Shown here piece after piece: positions 8,058-18,048 of a DNA stretch of 64,000 nucleotides; the stretch's first letter is position 1, and each line of letters begins with the position of its first letter. Under the pieces are notes generated by a model that was not told the DNA's origin, ran no database searches, and saw only the letters and a list, made by a program, of their open reading frames with translations. The stretch is from Armatimonadota bacterium. Its GTDB lineage: Bacteria; Armatimonadota; Zipacnadia; Zipacnadales; JABUFB01. The DNA lies in the NCBI GenBank assembly GCA_013314775.1, contig JABUFB010000019.1, forward strand, positions 3,189-67,188. Reading direction: 5' to 3'. The position numbers were made by a program, and so were the translations under genes.

Positions 8058-9830
8058 ATGTCACGCAGTATCTTCGCCCCTACCGTCCTTCTGGTGGTGC
8101 TTTCCTCGCTTGCAGCCGCGTCCGGAGCGCTGCCCGCGTTCTACCCGTCGGGCCAGCCACTAAGGGTGGATGGCTTCGACAATTGGGCAGTCTGGCGCGC
8201 GCGGTTTGATGTGCGGGAGACCCCTACCACGCACCACACCCTCCTTGATCGCCACGCCGCGCTGCTCATGTGGCTCGGGGACATGCGGCAGCGACGCTTG
8301 CCGGTGAACGAGGCACTTCCGCCCGCCACGGTCAGCGTGGTTGCCGAGCTCATCAAGAAGGGCGACTACGTGGCGGCGTGTACCGCCCTGGACGATCTTT
8401 ACCGCAAGGCAGAGGCGTTCGCGGCGGAACATCACGAACCGAGCCGCAGGGGTTTTCTCTCCGGCAAAGTAATCGATGCCGCAGGCAACCCGGTCAAGGA
8501 CGCTCGGGTCACGGTCTTCGGCTCCCCGCTTGGTGCGTACTCGGACGCTGAGGGCAACTTCGTCATCTCCAATGTGCCTGTGTCGGCGCCACGTTACATC
8601 CTGCGCGCCTCCAGTCCGGGCTTCATCGACGGATTCGCCGGCGGCCTGACACCGACAGACCAGCCCTCGGGCGCATCGGTGCTGTTGCTTGCTCCGCAGG
8701 GCGAAGCGTCGTCCCGGCTCACCGGCACGCTCTCGGTGCGCGTCTGCAGGATGGTGGAACTGCGCGAGGTGCCTCCTCCCCCCAGCGCCTTCGACAGCGC
8801 GGTGGTGGATATGAAGATATACCCGCGCGAGGTCCTGACCTACCTGGAACCCAGCCCCCAAGTGGACAGCGACAATACGGCTGTTGTTGCGCGGGCCTCG
8901 GCGATCCTGGCTTCCGTCGCCGAACCCCACCGCCTGCGATCCGCCGCGCTGGTGCAGGCCACAGTGCAGTGGCTGGTCGCCAACATCGCTTACGACTCCG
9001 AACGCTCTTTCCCGGGAGACTCAACCTGCGGTAACTGGCAGCTCGCCCACGGCGCCTGGAGCCGCGATCCGGAGGACTGGCTGCAATTGCCCTCCCAGGT
9101 CCTCGAGACCCGGCGGGCCGGCTGCTCCGAGTACGAGCGCTTGGCCGTCGCCCTTCTGCGGGCCCTCAATGTCCCGGCCCGCACGGTGCTTGTCGATACC
9201 CACCCGGTGACCCAATGGTGGGTCCAGCTCTCCAGCGGGAACGGTTTCTGGGCAAATGTCGAGGCCTGGCGGGCCCGATATGATTACGAGCGCACCGGGG
9301 TCGTTCCCGCGCAATTGCCCTCGGTGTCCGACAGCCTCATCGGCTTCTTCTCGCCCAACCAGCACTCTCCGGCCGAGATGGTCTGGGACGCGGCAAACCC
9401 GTGCCTGTGGCTGGCCGACTACGGTCAGATCGCCCAGACCGCTCTCAATCCGGCGGGACTCAAAGTGATGCAGCGCTGGATGGAGCAGTTCAAGACCAAC
9501 GGCAGACTGCCCACCGGGGTGGACAGAGGAGTCATCCCGCCCTCGGGGCTTCGGCTGTACAAGTCATACCAGATATCCACCCGGGGCGCGGTGATCGATC
9601 TGTCGACCCTCGGGGCCCAACGCAAGCTGTCCGTGCGCTTCCCGGTCTATGTGGAGAACCAGTACCGCAAGACCATCGACATGCAGGCCTGGACGGATCA
9701 CCCGGAGTGGCTGAAGACGGTGCGACGGGAGAACGTGCAGGACCCCGTAACGCGGCAGAACCTGGACTGGTATGTGCTGGAGTTCGAGATCAGCCGGGCA
9801 GCAGCCGTCCAGCCCGCGCCTGCAGGTTAG
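8058..9830 (+). CDS. secreted transglutaminase-like cysteine protease domain protein with carboxypeptidase-regulatory-like beta-sandwich
   Basis: Signal peptide MSRSIFAPTVLLVVLSSLAAASG. CarboxypepD_reg-like segment GKVIDAAGNPVKDARVTVFGSPLGAYSDAEGNFVISNVPV. Transglutaminase core-like RRAGCSEYERLAVALLRALNVPARTVLV. Confidence 0.55.
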   Translation: MSRSIFAPTVLLVVLSSLAAASGALPAFYPSGQPLRVDGFDNWAVWRARFDVRETPTTHHTLLDRHAALLMWLGDMRQRRLPVNEALPPATVSVVAELIKKGDYVAACTALDDLYRKAEAFAAEHHEPSRRGFLSGKVIDAAGNPVKDARVTVFGSPLGAYSDAEGNFVISNVPVSAPRYILRASSPGFIDGFAGGLTPTDQPSGASVLLLAPQGEASSRLTGTLSVRVCRMVELREVPPPPSAFDSAVVDMKIYPREVLTYLEPSPQVDSDNTAVVARASAILASVAEPHRLRSAALVQATVQWLVANIAYDSERSFPGDSTCGNWQLAHGAWSRDPEDWLQLPSQVLETRRAGCSEYERLAVALLRALNVPARTVLVDTHPVTQWWVQLSSGNGFWANVEAWRARYDYERTGVVPAQLPSVSDSLIGFFSPNQHSPAEMVWDAANPCLWLADYGQIAQTALNPAGLKVMQRWMEQFKTNGRLPTGVDRGVIPPSGLRLYKSYQISTRGAVIDLSTLGAQRKLSVRFPVYVENQYRKTIDMQAWTDHPEWLKTVRRENVQDPVTRQNLDWYVLEFEISRAAAVQPAPAG

Positions 9831-9911
9831 GACTGCGAGTGTTCGGCGAAGGGATTGCCTGTGCGCCTGGGGAACATGGGGCGCACTGAGCCGGGGGGAG
9901 AGGGAGCCCAG

Positions 9912-11459
9912 ATGGGTCGCGCCCCTGTGAGCGCCGAGAGCCTGCCGTCCGGCCTGGCTCTCGTGATCCTGCTACTGCTCGTAGTGGTCTGCCAGCTGCT
10001 GGCCTTCGTGGTGACGGGACGTGATTCCGGCCCCGATTCCGACGAGGCGCTGTTCGCTTACATCGCCCATTTCTGGGCGAAGGGCGACCTCCTGCCATAC
10101 CGCGATGCCTTCGAGAACAAGCCGCCGGGCATCTTCCTCGCCTACCGGCTGTTCATGGGTGACGGCAGCCGAATTCTCGGGGGCACGCGCCTGGCGGCCG
10201 TCTGCGCGCAGCTTCTCGCGGCGGCACTGCTTGGCCTGCTCGTTTCCTCATTCCAAGGAAAGCGCGTAGGCCTGACAGCCGGTCTGCTCGTGGCCGGGTT
10301 CCTGCTAAGACGCGGGCTCCACGGGCACCTCGCCGACACCGAAGCTTTCATGGCGCCGTTCGTCTGTGCCGGCATGCTGGTTGCCTGGCAATCGGTGACG
10401 CGGCAACGCGTCGGCTTTGCGCTCCTTGGCGGCCTGTTCCTCGGCTGCGCGTTTCTGTTCAAACCCGTCGCTGCCGCGGAAACCGCGGCTCTCGCCATCA
10501 GCTTTGTGCTGTTGCGCCTGCCAATGGCCGCTCTGCTGGCTTTGGTCGGCGCGGCGACACCCATCGCGCTGAGCTTCGCTTGGGCCGCTTCCGCCGGGAT
10601 CCTGCGGGAGTACTGGCAGGTGGCCTTCGTCAGCCTCACTGCCCACGACACCCACCCCGCCGCTCTTGGAGACATCTGGCGGTCATTGGGCACATTCCTG
10701 ATGCCCTACCTGCGCACCGATGGTGTCGGGCTGATCGCCCTGGCGGCGCTGGGTCTCGCACCCGGCTGGAAAGCTCCGGCACCCGTGCGGCCTGTGCTCC
10801 TTCTGGCGCGCTGGTGGGCCCTGCTGAGCATTCTGGCCATGGCGGGATCCGGATGGTTCTACCCCCACCAATACAAGCCGGTCGTCCCCGCAGTGGTTCT
10901 GCTTGGGGCCTGCGCGGTGGGGCGCTTCCGGGACCTGGATCGCCAGTGGAGGAATGTAGTTGGCCTCGCTGCGGCTGCATTCCTCGCTCTGTTCCTGTGG
11001 GAGCCGGCGGACTCGATCATGGCCGCCCGCGCTGACAAGGGCGACTGGATCGGGGCACGCAAACCATTGGTGGAGTACATCCAGCGAGAGACGCCTGAGC
11101 GCGAGCCGGTGTACGTCGTGGGCCTGCGAAGCGAGGTCTACATTCTGAGCGACCGCGTTTCACCCAGCCGGTTCTTCAATGTGGTCTTCGTGCAGGGGCA
11201 TGTGGCGGAGCTCATGGACGATCTCACTCGAAATCCACCCGCGGTCATCGCGCTCGATGCCCTGGGTCGGCGCTGCATGCGCGGCGAGTTCGGGAACACG
11301 CTTGGTGGTTTCATTGCGTCGCGCTACACGCGGGCTACGGTGCCGGGCCTCGAGGGCTGGACAGTATACAGGCTGGCCCGTACGCCGCAGGCAGGAGGCG
11401 GTCGCCCCGCACCCATTGGTCCCTCGATGAATGCCATAGGCAGCCCGCAGGAAAAGTAG
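9912..11459 (+). CDS. polytopic membrane glycosyltransferase, ArnT/PMT-like (GT39/GT83-like)
   Basis: Multiple TM helices. DEALFAYIAHFW acidic motif in the first loop, as in ArnT/PMT-type GT-C enzymes. Large periplasmic C-terminal domain. Start chosen at the ATG with GGGGGGAGAGGGA upstream. The track ORF opens at 9855. Confidence 0.5.
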   Translation: MGRAPVSAESLPSGLALVILLLLVVVCQLLAFVVTGRDSGPDSDEALFAYIAHFWAKGDLLPYRDAFENKPPGIFLAYRLFMGDGSRILGGTRLAAVCAQLLAAALLGLLVSSFQGKRVGLTAGLLVAGFLLRRGLHGHLADTEAFMAPFVCAGMLVAWQSVTRQRVGFALLGGLFLGCAFLFKPVAAAETAALAISFVLLRLPMAALLALVGAATPIALSFAWAASAGILREYWQVAFVSLTAHDTHPAALGDIWRSLGTFLMPYLRTDGVGLIALAALGLAPGWKAPAPVRPVLLLARWWALLSILAMAGSGWFYPHQYKPVVPAVVLLGACAVGRFRDLDRQWRNVVGLAAAAFLALFLWEPADSIMAARADKGDWIGARKPLVEYIQRETPEREPVYVVGLRSEVYILSDRVSPSRFFNVVFVQGHVAELMDDLTRNPPAVIALDALGRRCMRGEFGNTLGGFIASRYTRATVPGLEGWTVYRLARTPQAGGGRPAPIGPSMNAIGSPQEK

Positions 11460-11472
11460 GGGAGAGGACAGC

Positions 11473-12660
11473 ATGGCGACCAGCGCCCCGGCACGCCCGC
11501 GGCTCTTCTTCGTCGACTATCTGCGCGGATGGGCAATCATCGGCATGGTTGCCGCCCACTTCTGGCACGTCTTCCTGCGCGAGGACGTGCTGGAGCGCGT
11601 CCACGGGGAATCCGTCTTCTTCGCTCTCACCTTCGCCGCAGGGCTGTTCTTCGGGGTGGTCGGAGTCTCGTGCGCGCTCTTCCTGGGGGAGGAGCGCCCG
11701 GCCGAACGGCGCGTGGAACTGGCCCGGCGCGGCTGGCTGGTGTTCCTCGCCGGTTTCCTGTGGACCCTCATGCTCCGGGATCTTGCGCAGTTCGACTTCC
11801 TGCACTGCATCGGCATCGCGATGGCGACGTGCGGTCTGCTGGCTGTGTCTGCACGGGGCTGGATGGCCGGGCTGGCGCTGATCCCGGTCTGCTGGGGTAT
11901 CGTTGCGTGGCAGCAGACTGCCCTGCCTGCCGGCCTCGAGCCCGCAGGCGGGGTCATTGGCTTCCTGATGAACTCGGTGCTCTTCACGGGGCACTTCCCG
12001 CTGCCGGGCTGGCTCCCGGTGGTATTCCTGGGCTATGCGCTGGGCGTGAGTCTCGTCCAGCAGGGAAACAGCCCCACGCGATTGCTTCGCGCCGTGGCTC
12101 TCGCGTTGGGCGCGGTTCTCACGGCGACGGCCTATCTCGCGGCCTTTCAGGGTTGGGGCCTTTCGAAGATCCCCATCAGCCTCGGGTACTCCATCCTGAC
12201 CTGCGGCGTGTTTGCGCTGTCCTGGGTTCTGTGTTCATCGCTGGAGGGAGTGTCGAAGTGGGTGCCCCTGGGGAACGTCACGGTGACCCTCGGCATGTTC
12301 GCCCTTCCGGCCACCGCGCTCCACTGGCTCATCGGGCGGTCGATCATGCCCCGCCTGCATCTCACGGGAGACATGGGGCTGCCCGGCTACCTGATTGCGA
12401 CGGCGGCCATTCTCGCCCTGATCGCTCTGGCATACAGGCCCTGGATGGCACTGGTCAATGCCTGGAACGACACGCGGCATGGGTGGCTGCGGTCACCATG
12501 GTTTCTTGCGGCGGTCGGGACCCTGAGCTACCTGACGGGCTACGTGGCCCTCGTCCTATGTGAGTTCAGGTTCCACGAGACCATCTCGTCGGTCATCGCC
12601 TGCGGCGGAATTCTCGTTCTGTGTCTGCCCCTGTATTCGCGCCGCGCAAGGAAGCGATGA
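11473..12660 (+). CDS. integral membrane acyltransferase-like protein (DUF1624 / HGSNAT-like)
   Basis: N-terminus RLFFVDYLRGWAIIGMVAAHFW matches the R..xDxLRG.A...M...H signature of DUF1624 acyltransferases. About 10 predicted TM helices. RBS GGGGAGAGGA upstream. Confidence 0.45.
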   Translation: MATSAPARPRLFFVDYLRGWAIIGMVAAHFWHVFLREDVLERVHGESVFFALTFAAGLFFGVVGVSCALFLGEERPAERRVELARRGWLVFLAGFLWTLMLRDLAQFDFLHCIGIAMATCGLLAVSARGWMAGLALIPVCWGIVAWQQTALPAGLEPAGGVIGFLMNSVLFTGHFPLPGWLPVVFLGYALGVSLVQQGNSPTRLLRAVALALGAVLTATAYLAAFQGWGLSKIPISLGYSILTCGVFALSWVLCSSLEGVSKWVPLGNVTVTLGMFALPATALHWLIGRSIMPRLHLTGDMGLPGYLIATAAILALIALAYRPWMALVNAWNDTRHGWLRSPWFLAAVGTLSYLTGYVALVLCEFRFHETISSVIACGGILVLCLPLYSRRARKR

Positions 12661-12685
12661 CCGGCAGACAGGCTCCGCAAGAACC

Positions 12686-12718
12686 AAAGCCCCCGGGTTG
12701 ATATCCACGGGGGCTTTC
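12686..12718 (+). terminator. rho-independent terminator-like hairpin after the membrane acyltransferase gene
   Basis: aaagcccccg-ggttgatatcca-cgggggcttt: a perfect 10-bp GC stem flanked by A/T runs, 26 nt after the stop. Confidence 0.6.
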
Positions 12719-13251
12719 CGATGAGCTGGTCCAGGGCCGGTGTCTGTGCCGGTACTCTCCTACGCTGCGCGGCGGGTTTTCTCGCGACGCTTCGCTGAGA
12801 CCAGATCCGCCGAATGGTGCATTCTCTCCAGCATCTCAGCTCGCTTGGCCCAGCGCTGTCCTGCCGGCTCGGGGTACAGGTAACGTCGGCCCGAGGTCTT
12901 CGGGCGCGCTGTTGTTCCAGCTGATCGCACCGCTCCCGCCGCGTGACTGTCATGCAGCAAGATCCGCAGGGCCGCGTATGCGACGATCATCAACCCGATA
13001 TGCAGACCATTGAGCGATGTGCTTCCCAGGGGGCAGATCCAGTCCATCGTCGTCAACTCCAGCACGTGCCGCGATGTGGTTATTCGAATAACAGTTCGAT
13101 ACTACTGCGAAACCAATCCGGTGTCAAGATGTAGAAGATTAAGATTTGACTCTATACAGCATTGGACAGATTTCGCGTGGAGTTGGTTCCGCGGCAGGCG
13201 AAGATTGCTACCGGGGGACCCGAACATCCATTCCGTGCGTGTCGGCTCAGC

Positions 13252-13281
13252 TTGACTTGTCGCCCAGACGCCGGGTAGAAT
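13252..13281 (+). promoter_or_regulatory. sigma70-like promoter (TTGACT-N18-TAGAAT) in an AT-rich island
   Basis: TTGACT at about 13252-13257 and TAGAAT at about 13276-13281, inside a roughly 270-bp low-GC stretch (13060-13330). That stretch also holds the perfect palindrome ttattcgaataa (about 13078). The promoter sits about 35 nt upstream of the small zinc-ribbon ORF. Confidence 0.4.
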
Positions 13282-13316
13282 CATCGTGCATACTAGTCAT
13301 TCCGAGGGATGTTCCA

Positions 13317-13451
13317 TTGACCTGCAAGCGCTGCCGTTCGGCCATGAAACAGACCCGCGGCACCCATCACCGTAAGCGCAAGTTCATCTGCCCGCAGTGC
13401 GGGCGCGTTGCCATGCAGGAGACCAACGCCAGGCGCAGAGCGCAGGCGTAG
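13317..13451 (+). CDS. small zinc-ribbon protein (C-x2-C-x17-C-x2-C), 44 aa
   Basis: TTG start preceded by GAGGGA. Translation MTCKRCRSAMKQTRGTHHRKRKFICPQCGRVAMQETNARRRAQA is basic and has two CxxC pairs. Downstream of the predicted promoter. No family recognised. Confidence 0.35.
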   Translation: MTCKRCRSAMKQTRGTHHRKRKFICPQCGRVAMQETNARRRAQA

Positions 13452-13499
13452 CGGGGTCGCGTCACAGACAGCCCCGACTGCGACAGGAAATCCGCTGAG

Positions 13500-13721
13500 A
13501 TGAATCCGGCCGCCAGCAATTGGGTACTCGCCATCGTTGCCGTTGTCGCGCTCGGACTGCTCTGGCAGCAGGTTTTCGCGATGACCGGCGTGCTTTGGTG
13601 GGATGCCCCCAGTGACGTCCAGAAGGTGCCCCGCCCTGCGCCGCCGGTGATCCAGCCACCAGACACGGACTGGGTGGACCTGAAGGCCTACCTGGGGACG
13701 CACCCCGTCTGGCGGCCGTGA
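13500..13721 (+). CDS. hypothetical small membrane protein (73 aa)
   Basis: ORF MNPAASNWVLAIVAVVALGLLWQQVFAMTGVLWW... has one clear TM helix. It lies between the zinc-ribbon ORF and trmFO. It overlaps a long antisense artefact ORF, and evidence is weak. Confidence 0.25.
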   Translation: MNPAASNWVLAIVAVVALGLLWQQVFAMTGVLWWDAPSDVQKVPRPAPPVIQPPDTDWVDLKAYLGTHPVWRP

Positions 13722-13752
13722 ACTCCCCGAACCAATCGAAGGAGATAGACCG

Positions 13753-15084
13753 ATGGCCGCTGATGGCGTTGTCACAATCATCGGCGCCGGCCTTGCCGGG
13801 GCCGAAGCTGCCTATCAGGCATCGCGCCTGGGCGCCAGGGTGGTTCTGTACGAGATGCGCCCCGGCACCATGACACCCGCCCACAAGACGGGCAAGTTCG
13901 CCGAACTTGTGTGCAGCAATTCGCTGAAGTCCAACAGCATGGATCGCGCCGGCGGGATCCTCAAGGAAGAACTCCGCCGCCTCGGGTCGCTGATCCTGCG
14001 CTGCGCCGACGCGACCGCAGTCCCGGCCGGCAGCGCTCTCGCGGTGGACCGCGAACGCTTCGCGGACATGGTCACCGCCACTATCGAGAGTGACCCGAAC
14101 ATCGAGATCCGCCGCGAGGAGGTCACTGCCGTGCCCTCCGAGGGCATGACCATTCTCGCCAGCGGTCCGCTCACATCCCAGCCCCTGGCCCGCTCTTTGT
14201 TCAGCATCACGGGGCAGAAGTATCTCTTCTTCTACGATGCAATCTCGCCCATTGTGGACGCTGATTCCATCGATCGGGACAAGGTTTTCCTGGCCTCCCG
14301 CTATGGTAAAGGCGAAGCGGCCTATATCAACTGCCCAATGTCTGAGGAGCAGTACAACGAGTTCTATGACGCTCTCATGGCCGCCGAGATCTCCCTGCAT
14401 GCCGACGTGGACCCCAATGAACTGTTCGAAGGGTGCCTGCCCGTGGAAGTCATCGCTTCTCGCGGCCATGAGGCCCTGCGCTTCGGCCCCATGAAACCCG
14501 TGGGCCTCATCGACCCTCGCACCGGTCACCAGCCCTTCGCCGTGGTCCAATTGCGCGCCGAGAATCAGGAGCTGACCATGTACAACCTGGTCGGTTTCCA
14601 GACATCCCTGAAATGGGGCGAGCAGGCCCGGGTCTTCCGCATGATTCCCGGCCTGGAGAACGCCGAGTTCCTGCGCTACGGCCAAGTCCACCGCAACACA
14701 TACGTCAACGCGCCCACGCTCCTGAAGCCCACCTTCCAGTTCCGCAGCCGCGATGACCTTTTCTGCGCCGGGCAGCTTACCGGCGTCGAGGGTTACATGG
14801 AGTCCACCGGCGCGGGGCTCATTTCGGGTATCAATGCCGCTCGCATGCTGTCCGGGCAGGAGCCCATCGCCTTGCCCCGCGAGACTGTCATGGGGGCCCT
14901 TGCCTATCACATCTGCAACGCCGACCCCGAGAGCTTCCAGCCGATGAATGCGAACTTCGGTGTGCTGCCGCCTGCCGACGGCCCGCGCAAGATGCGCAAG
15001 TCCCAGAAGAAGGAACTCCGCGGCAGGGCCTGCCTGGAAGCCCTTGACGAGTTCATCCGCCAGACGGGATTGCAGGTGGGCTGA
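13753..15084 (+). CDS. trmFO: methylenetetrahydrofolate--tRNA-(uracil-5-)-methyltransferase TrmFO (Gid)
   Basis: VTIIGAGLAGAEAA FAD-binding start, ELVCSNSLKSN and CAGQLTGVEGY motifs, 443 aa. Conserved position upstream of xerC-hslVU. Confidence 0.95.
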   Translation: MAADGVVTIIGAGLAGAEAAYQASRLGARVVLYEMRPGTMTPAHKTGKFAELVCSNSLKSNSMDRAGGILKEELRRLGSLILRCADATAVPAGSALAVDRERFADMVTATIESDPNIEIRREEVTAVPSEGMTILASGPLTSQPLARSLFSITGQKYLFFYDAISPIVDADSIDRDKVFLASRYGKGEAAYINCPMSEEQYNEFYDALMAAEISLHADVDPNELFEGCLPVEVIASRGHEALRFGPMKPVGLIDPRTGHQPFAVVQLRAENQELTMYNLVGFQTSLKWGEQARVFRMIPGLENAEFLRYGQVHRNTYVNAPTLLKPTFQFRSRDDLFCAGQLTGVEGYMESTGAGLISGINAARMLSGQEPIALPRETVMGALAYHICNADPESFQPMNANFGVLPPADGPRKMRKSQKKELRGRACLEALDEFIRQTGLQVG

Positions 15085-15120
15085 AAGGACTCGGGCAATA
15101 GGAGCTGAGGTGGAGGGAAA

Positions 15121-16065
15121 GTGACGGGACATCCCGGCGGCGTTGCTGCCTTGGACGGCTTCCTGGACTACCTCGTGCACGTCCGGCGCGTTTCCCCGAA
15201 TACCGCTGAGGCGTACGCGCGCGACCTCCTCGACTTCACCGAGTTCCTCGAGCACCTCTGGGGACCCGCCCGTGCCTGTGACTGGCCCGCCGTCGATTAC
15301 CCGGTGGTGCGCAGTTACCTGGCGCATCTGTCGCGCCGGGCCCTGGAAAAAACCACGGTCGCTCGGAAGCTAACTGCCCTGCGTGCGTTGTTCAGGTATC
15401 TTGTGGCTACCGGCGTTGTGCAGGCCAATCCGGCAGCCCTCGCGGCATCGCCCAAGAAAGCAGCGCATCTTCCGGAGATTCTGCACGACTACGAACTGGC
15501 GGCCCTGCTGGAGACGCCGGATACATCAACGCCGCTGGGCATGCGCGACCGGGCGATTCTCGAGCTTTTCTACGCGACCGGGGTCCGGCTGTCCGAACTC
15601 CATGCCCTGAACGTGGACGATCCAAGTTTCGAGAGCCGCTCCATCCGCGTCGTGGGCAAGCGCAACAAGGAGCGCGTGGTCTTCTTCGGCGAACCTGCGG
15701 CGGACGCATTGCGCGAGTATCTTGACTCAGCGCGTCCCGTCCTGTTGGCGGCGCGGGTGGGTACCGGGGAGGAGCCTGCCCTGTTCCTGAACCGTTTCGG
15801 CGGGCGCCTGTCGAAAGAGGGCATCGCCCGGCGCGTTCGCCGGCATGTGCTGGACGCGGCGGTGATTCACCGCGTGTCGCCCCATGCTCTGCGGCACACC
15901 TTCGCGACCCACCTGCTGGATAACGGCGCCGACCTGCGGGCCATCCAGGAACTTCTGGGTCACGTGAATCTCGCCACGACCGGCATCTACACGCATGTGA
16001 GCGCCGAGCGCCTGCGGCGAAGCTACGACCAGGCGCATCCGTTGTCGGATCGCCGGGAGCAGTGA
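15121..16065 (+). CDS. xerC: tyrosine recombinase XerC/XerD family
   Basis: GTG start. C-terminal catalytic region HALRHTFATHLLDNGADLRAIQELLGHVNLATTGIYTHV (R-H-R-Y tyrosine recombinase signature). Sits in the trmFO-xerC-hslVU arrangement (Bacillus gid-codV-clpQ-clpY). Confidence 0.85.
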   Translation: MTGHPGGVAALDGFLDYLVHVRRVSPNTAEAYARDLLDFTEFLEHLWGPARACDWPAVDYPVVRSYLAHLSRRALEKTTVARKLTALRALFRYLVATGVVQANPAALAASPKKAAHLPEILHDYELAALLETPDTSTPLGMRDRAILELFYATGVRLSELHALNVDDPSFESRSIRVVGKRNKERVVFFGEPAADALREYLDSARPVLLAARVGTGEEPALFLNRFGGRLSKEGIARRVRRHVLDAAVIHRVSPHALRHTFATHLLDNGADLRAIQELLGHVNLATTGIYTHVSAERLRRSYDQAHPLSDRREQ

Positions 16066-16107
16066 AAGACGGCCGGGCACCGGCCCGGCCAGGGGAGATA
16101 GACAATC

Positions 16108-16641
16108 ATGAAAGTTCGATCAACCACCGTCCTGGCAGTGCGGCGAGACGGTATCACTGCAATCGCTGGAGATGGACAGATCACCGTGGGTGACACGGTG
16201 CTGAAAAGCAACACGAGCAAGCTGCGAACCCTGCGAGGCGGCAAGATCGTGGTTGGGTATGCCGGCGCCGCCGCCGATGCCCTCGCCCTCTTCGAGCGCC
16301 TCGAAGCCAAGCTCGATGAGTACTCCGGCAATGTTCAGCGTGCCTGCGTTGAACTTGTGAAACAGTGGCGCATGGACAAGGCGCTGCGGCATTTGGACGC
16401 GATTCTCATCGTCGCCGATCGAGACAACCTTCTGCTTGTCTCGGGAACGGGAGATGTCGTGACGCCTGATGATGATGTCATCGGCATCGGTTCGGGCGGT
16501 CCTTTTGCCCAGGCAGCCGCCATCGCCATGCTTCGTCACACGAAGATGGGTGCGGAGAAGATCGCGCGCGAGGCCTTGGCCATCGCCGCGGATATCTGCA
16601 TCTATACCAATGACCACATCACCGTGGAGGTCCTGAAGTGA
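16108..16641 (+). CDS. hslV: ATP-dependent protease subunit HslV
   Basis: [51 protein letters not shown] aligns throughout with HslV. A 5-residue extension MKVRS precedes the catalytic Thr-Thr. Confidence 0.9.
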   Translation: MKVRSTTVLAVRRDGITAIAGDGQITVGDTVLKSNTSKLRTLRGGKIVVGYAGAAADALALFERLEAKLDEYSGNVQRACVELVKQWRMDKALRHLDAILIVADRDNLLLVSGTGDVVTPDDDVIGIGSGGPFAQAAAIAMLRHTKMGAEKIAREALAIAADICIYTNDHITVEVLK

Positions 16642-18047
16642 TTGAGGGCGAGCTGACACCCCGGCAGATCGTGGAAGAGCTGGACAAGTACATCATCGGC
16701 CAAGACCAGGCGAAGCGCGCTGTGGCCGTGGCTCTACGCAACCGTGCCCGCAGGCGGCAGGTTCCTGAAGACCTGCGCGACGAGATCATCCCCAAGAACA
16801 TCTTGATGATCGGACCCACCGGTGTGGGCAAGACCGAGATCGCCCGGCGCCTTGCGAACCTCGCCAATGCGCCGTTCATCAAGGTTGAGGCCACCAAGTT
16901 CACGGAAGTCGGCTATGTGGGTCGCGACGTGGAGTCCATCATCCGTGACCTTGTGGACACTGCATACCACATGGTGGAGGAAGAGTACTTCGAGGACGTC
17001 TGGGACGAAGCGGAACGTCGTGCCGAAGAGCGCCTCCTCGAGGCCCTCTGTGGGGCAGCTCGCGATCAGGAACCACGTGAGCCAGCCACGTTGTCCAGTG
17101 ACAGCATCACCGATCTCGCCACCCTCGAGGAGCAACACAGGCGCGCGGAGCAGTTGCGCGCCCAGCATGAGCGCGTCCGGCAGTTCACTGAACGCCGATT
17201 GCGCGACCAGGAACTCGAGGACGAGCAGGTGGACATCGAGGTCGAGGAGAGCAACTGGCAGACAATGCAGGTCTTCTCAGCCGCGGGGCTCGAGGAGATG
17301 GGCTTCAACATGCAAGATATGCTCGGCAGCATGTTCCCCGCGAAGAAGACCACCAAGCGCATGACTGTCGCGGAAGCCCGACGGGTTCTCACCTACCAGG
17401 AAGCCGAGAAGCTCGTGGATCAGCAGGAAGTTGCGCGCGAAGCCCTTGAGCGGGTGGAAGAGAGCGCCATCGTCTTTCTCGACGAGATCGACAAGATCGC
17501 CGGCCGCGAGACGGGTCATGGGCCGGAAGTCTCCCGCGAGGGCGTGCAGCGCGACATCCTGCCCATCATCGAGGGCTCCACGGTGATGACGAAGTACGGG
17601 CCGGTGGAGACCAGCCACATCCTGTTCATCGCTGCCGGGGCCTTCCACGTCTCCAAGCCTTCGGACCTCATCCCCGAACTCCAGGGGCGCTTCCCGATCC
17701 GCGTGGAGCTCAAGAGCCTCACCGAAGAGGACTTCTGCCGCATTCTCGTGGAGCCGGAGAACTCACTGGTGCGCCAGTACACCGCCCTGATGCGGACCGA
17801 AGGCGTGGAACTCGAGTTCACCGAGGACGCGCGCAATGAGATCGCCCGTCTGGCCCGCCAGGTCAACGAGTCCGCCGAGAATATCGGCGCGCGTCGACTG
17901 TATACCATGATGGAAAAGCTGCTGGAGGAACTGTCTTTCGCCGCGCCGGAGATCGGCGAGCAGCGCGTGGTTGTGGATTCCGCGTACGTCCGGGCCCAGC
18001 TCAAGGACGTAGTCGCCGATCAGGACCTGAGCCGCTATATGCTCTGA
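16638..18047 (+). CDS. hslU: ATP-dependent protease ATPase subunit HslU
   Basis: GTG start overlapping the hslV stop by 4 nt. [29 protein letters not shown] and [15 protein letters not shown] Walker A. 469 aa. Confidence 0.95.
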   Translation: MIEGELTPRQIVEELDKYIIGQDQAKRAVAVALRNRARRRQVPEDLRDEIIPKNILMIGPTGVGKTEIARRLANLANAPFIKVEATKFTEVGYVGRDVESIIRDLVDTAYHMVEEEYFEDVWDEAERRAEERLLEALCGAARDQEPREPATLSSDSITDLATLEEQHRRAEQLRAQHERVRQFTERRLRDQELEDEQVDIEVEESNWQTMQVFSAAGLEEMGFNMQDMLGSMFPAKKTTKRMTVAEARRVLTYQEAEKLVDQQEVAREALERVEESAIVFLDEIDKIAGRETGHGPEVSREGVQRDILPIIEGSTVMTKYGPVETSHILFIAAGAFHVSKPSDLIPELQGRFPIRVELKSLTEEDFCRILVEPENSLVRQYTALMRTEGVELEFTEDARNEIARLARQVNESAENIGARRLYTMMEKLLEELSFAAPEIGEQRVVVDSAYVRAQLKDVVADQDLSRYML

Positions 18048-18048
18048 T

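Noticed and set aside
12540-13065. Minus-strand ORFs of 137 and 101 aa in the terminator/AT-rich interval
   Set aside because: They span the rho-independent terminator hairpin and have no RBS or recognisable domains. The 101-aa one has a hydrophobic stretch but no supporting context, and could be revisited with expression data.
13462-15327. 621-aa minus-strand ORF
   Set aside because: Antisense to trmFO and the xerC start. No recognisable motifs. High-GC artefact.
15121-16065. Tyrosine recombinase as a marker of an integrated mobile element
   Set aside because: It sits in the conserved chromosomal trmFO-xerC-hslVU block and has XerC/XerD-type motifs. No att-like repeats or phage genes flank it.
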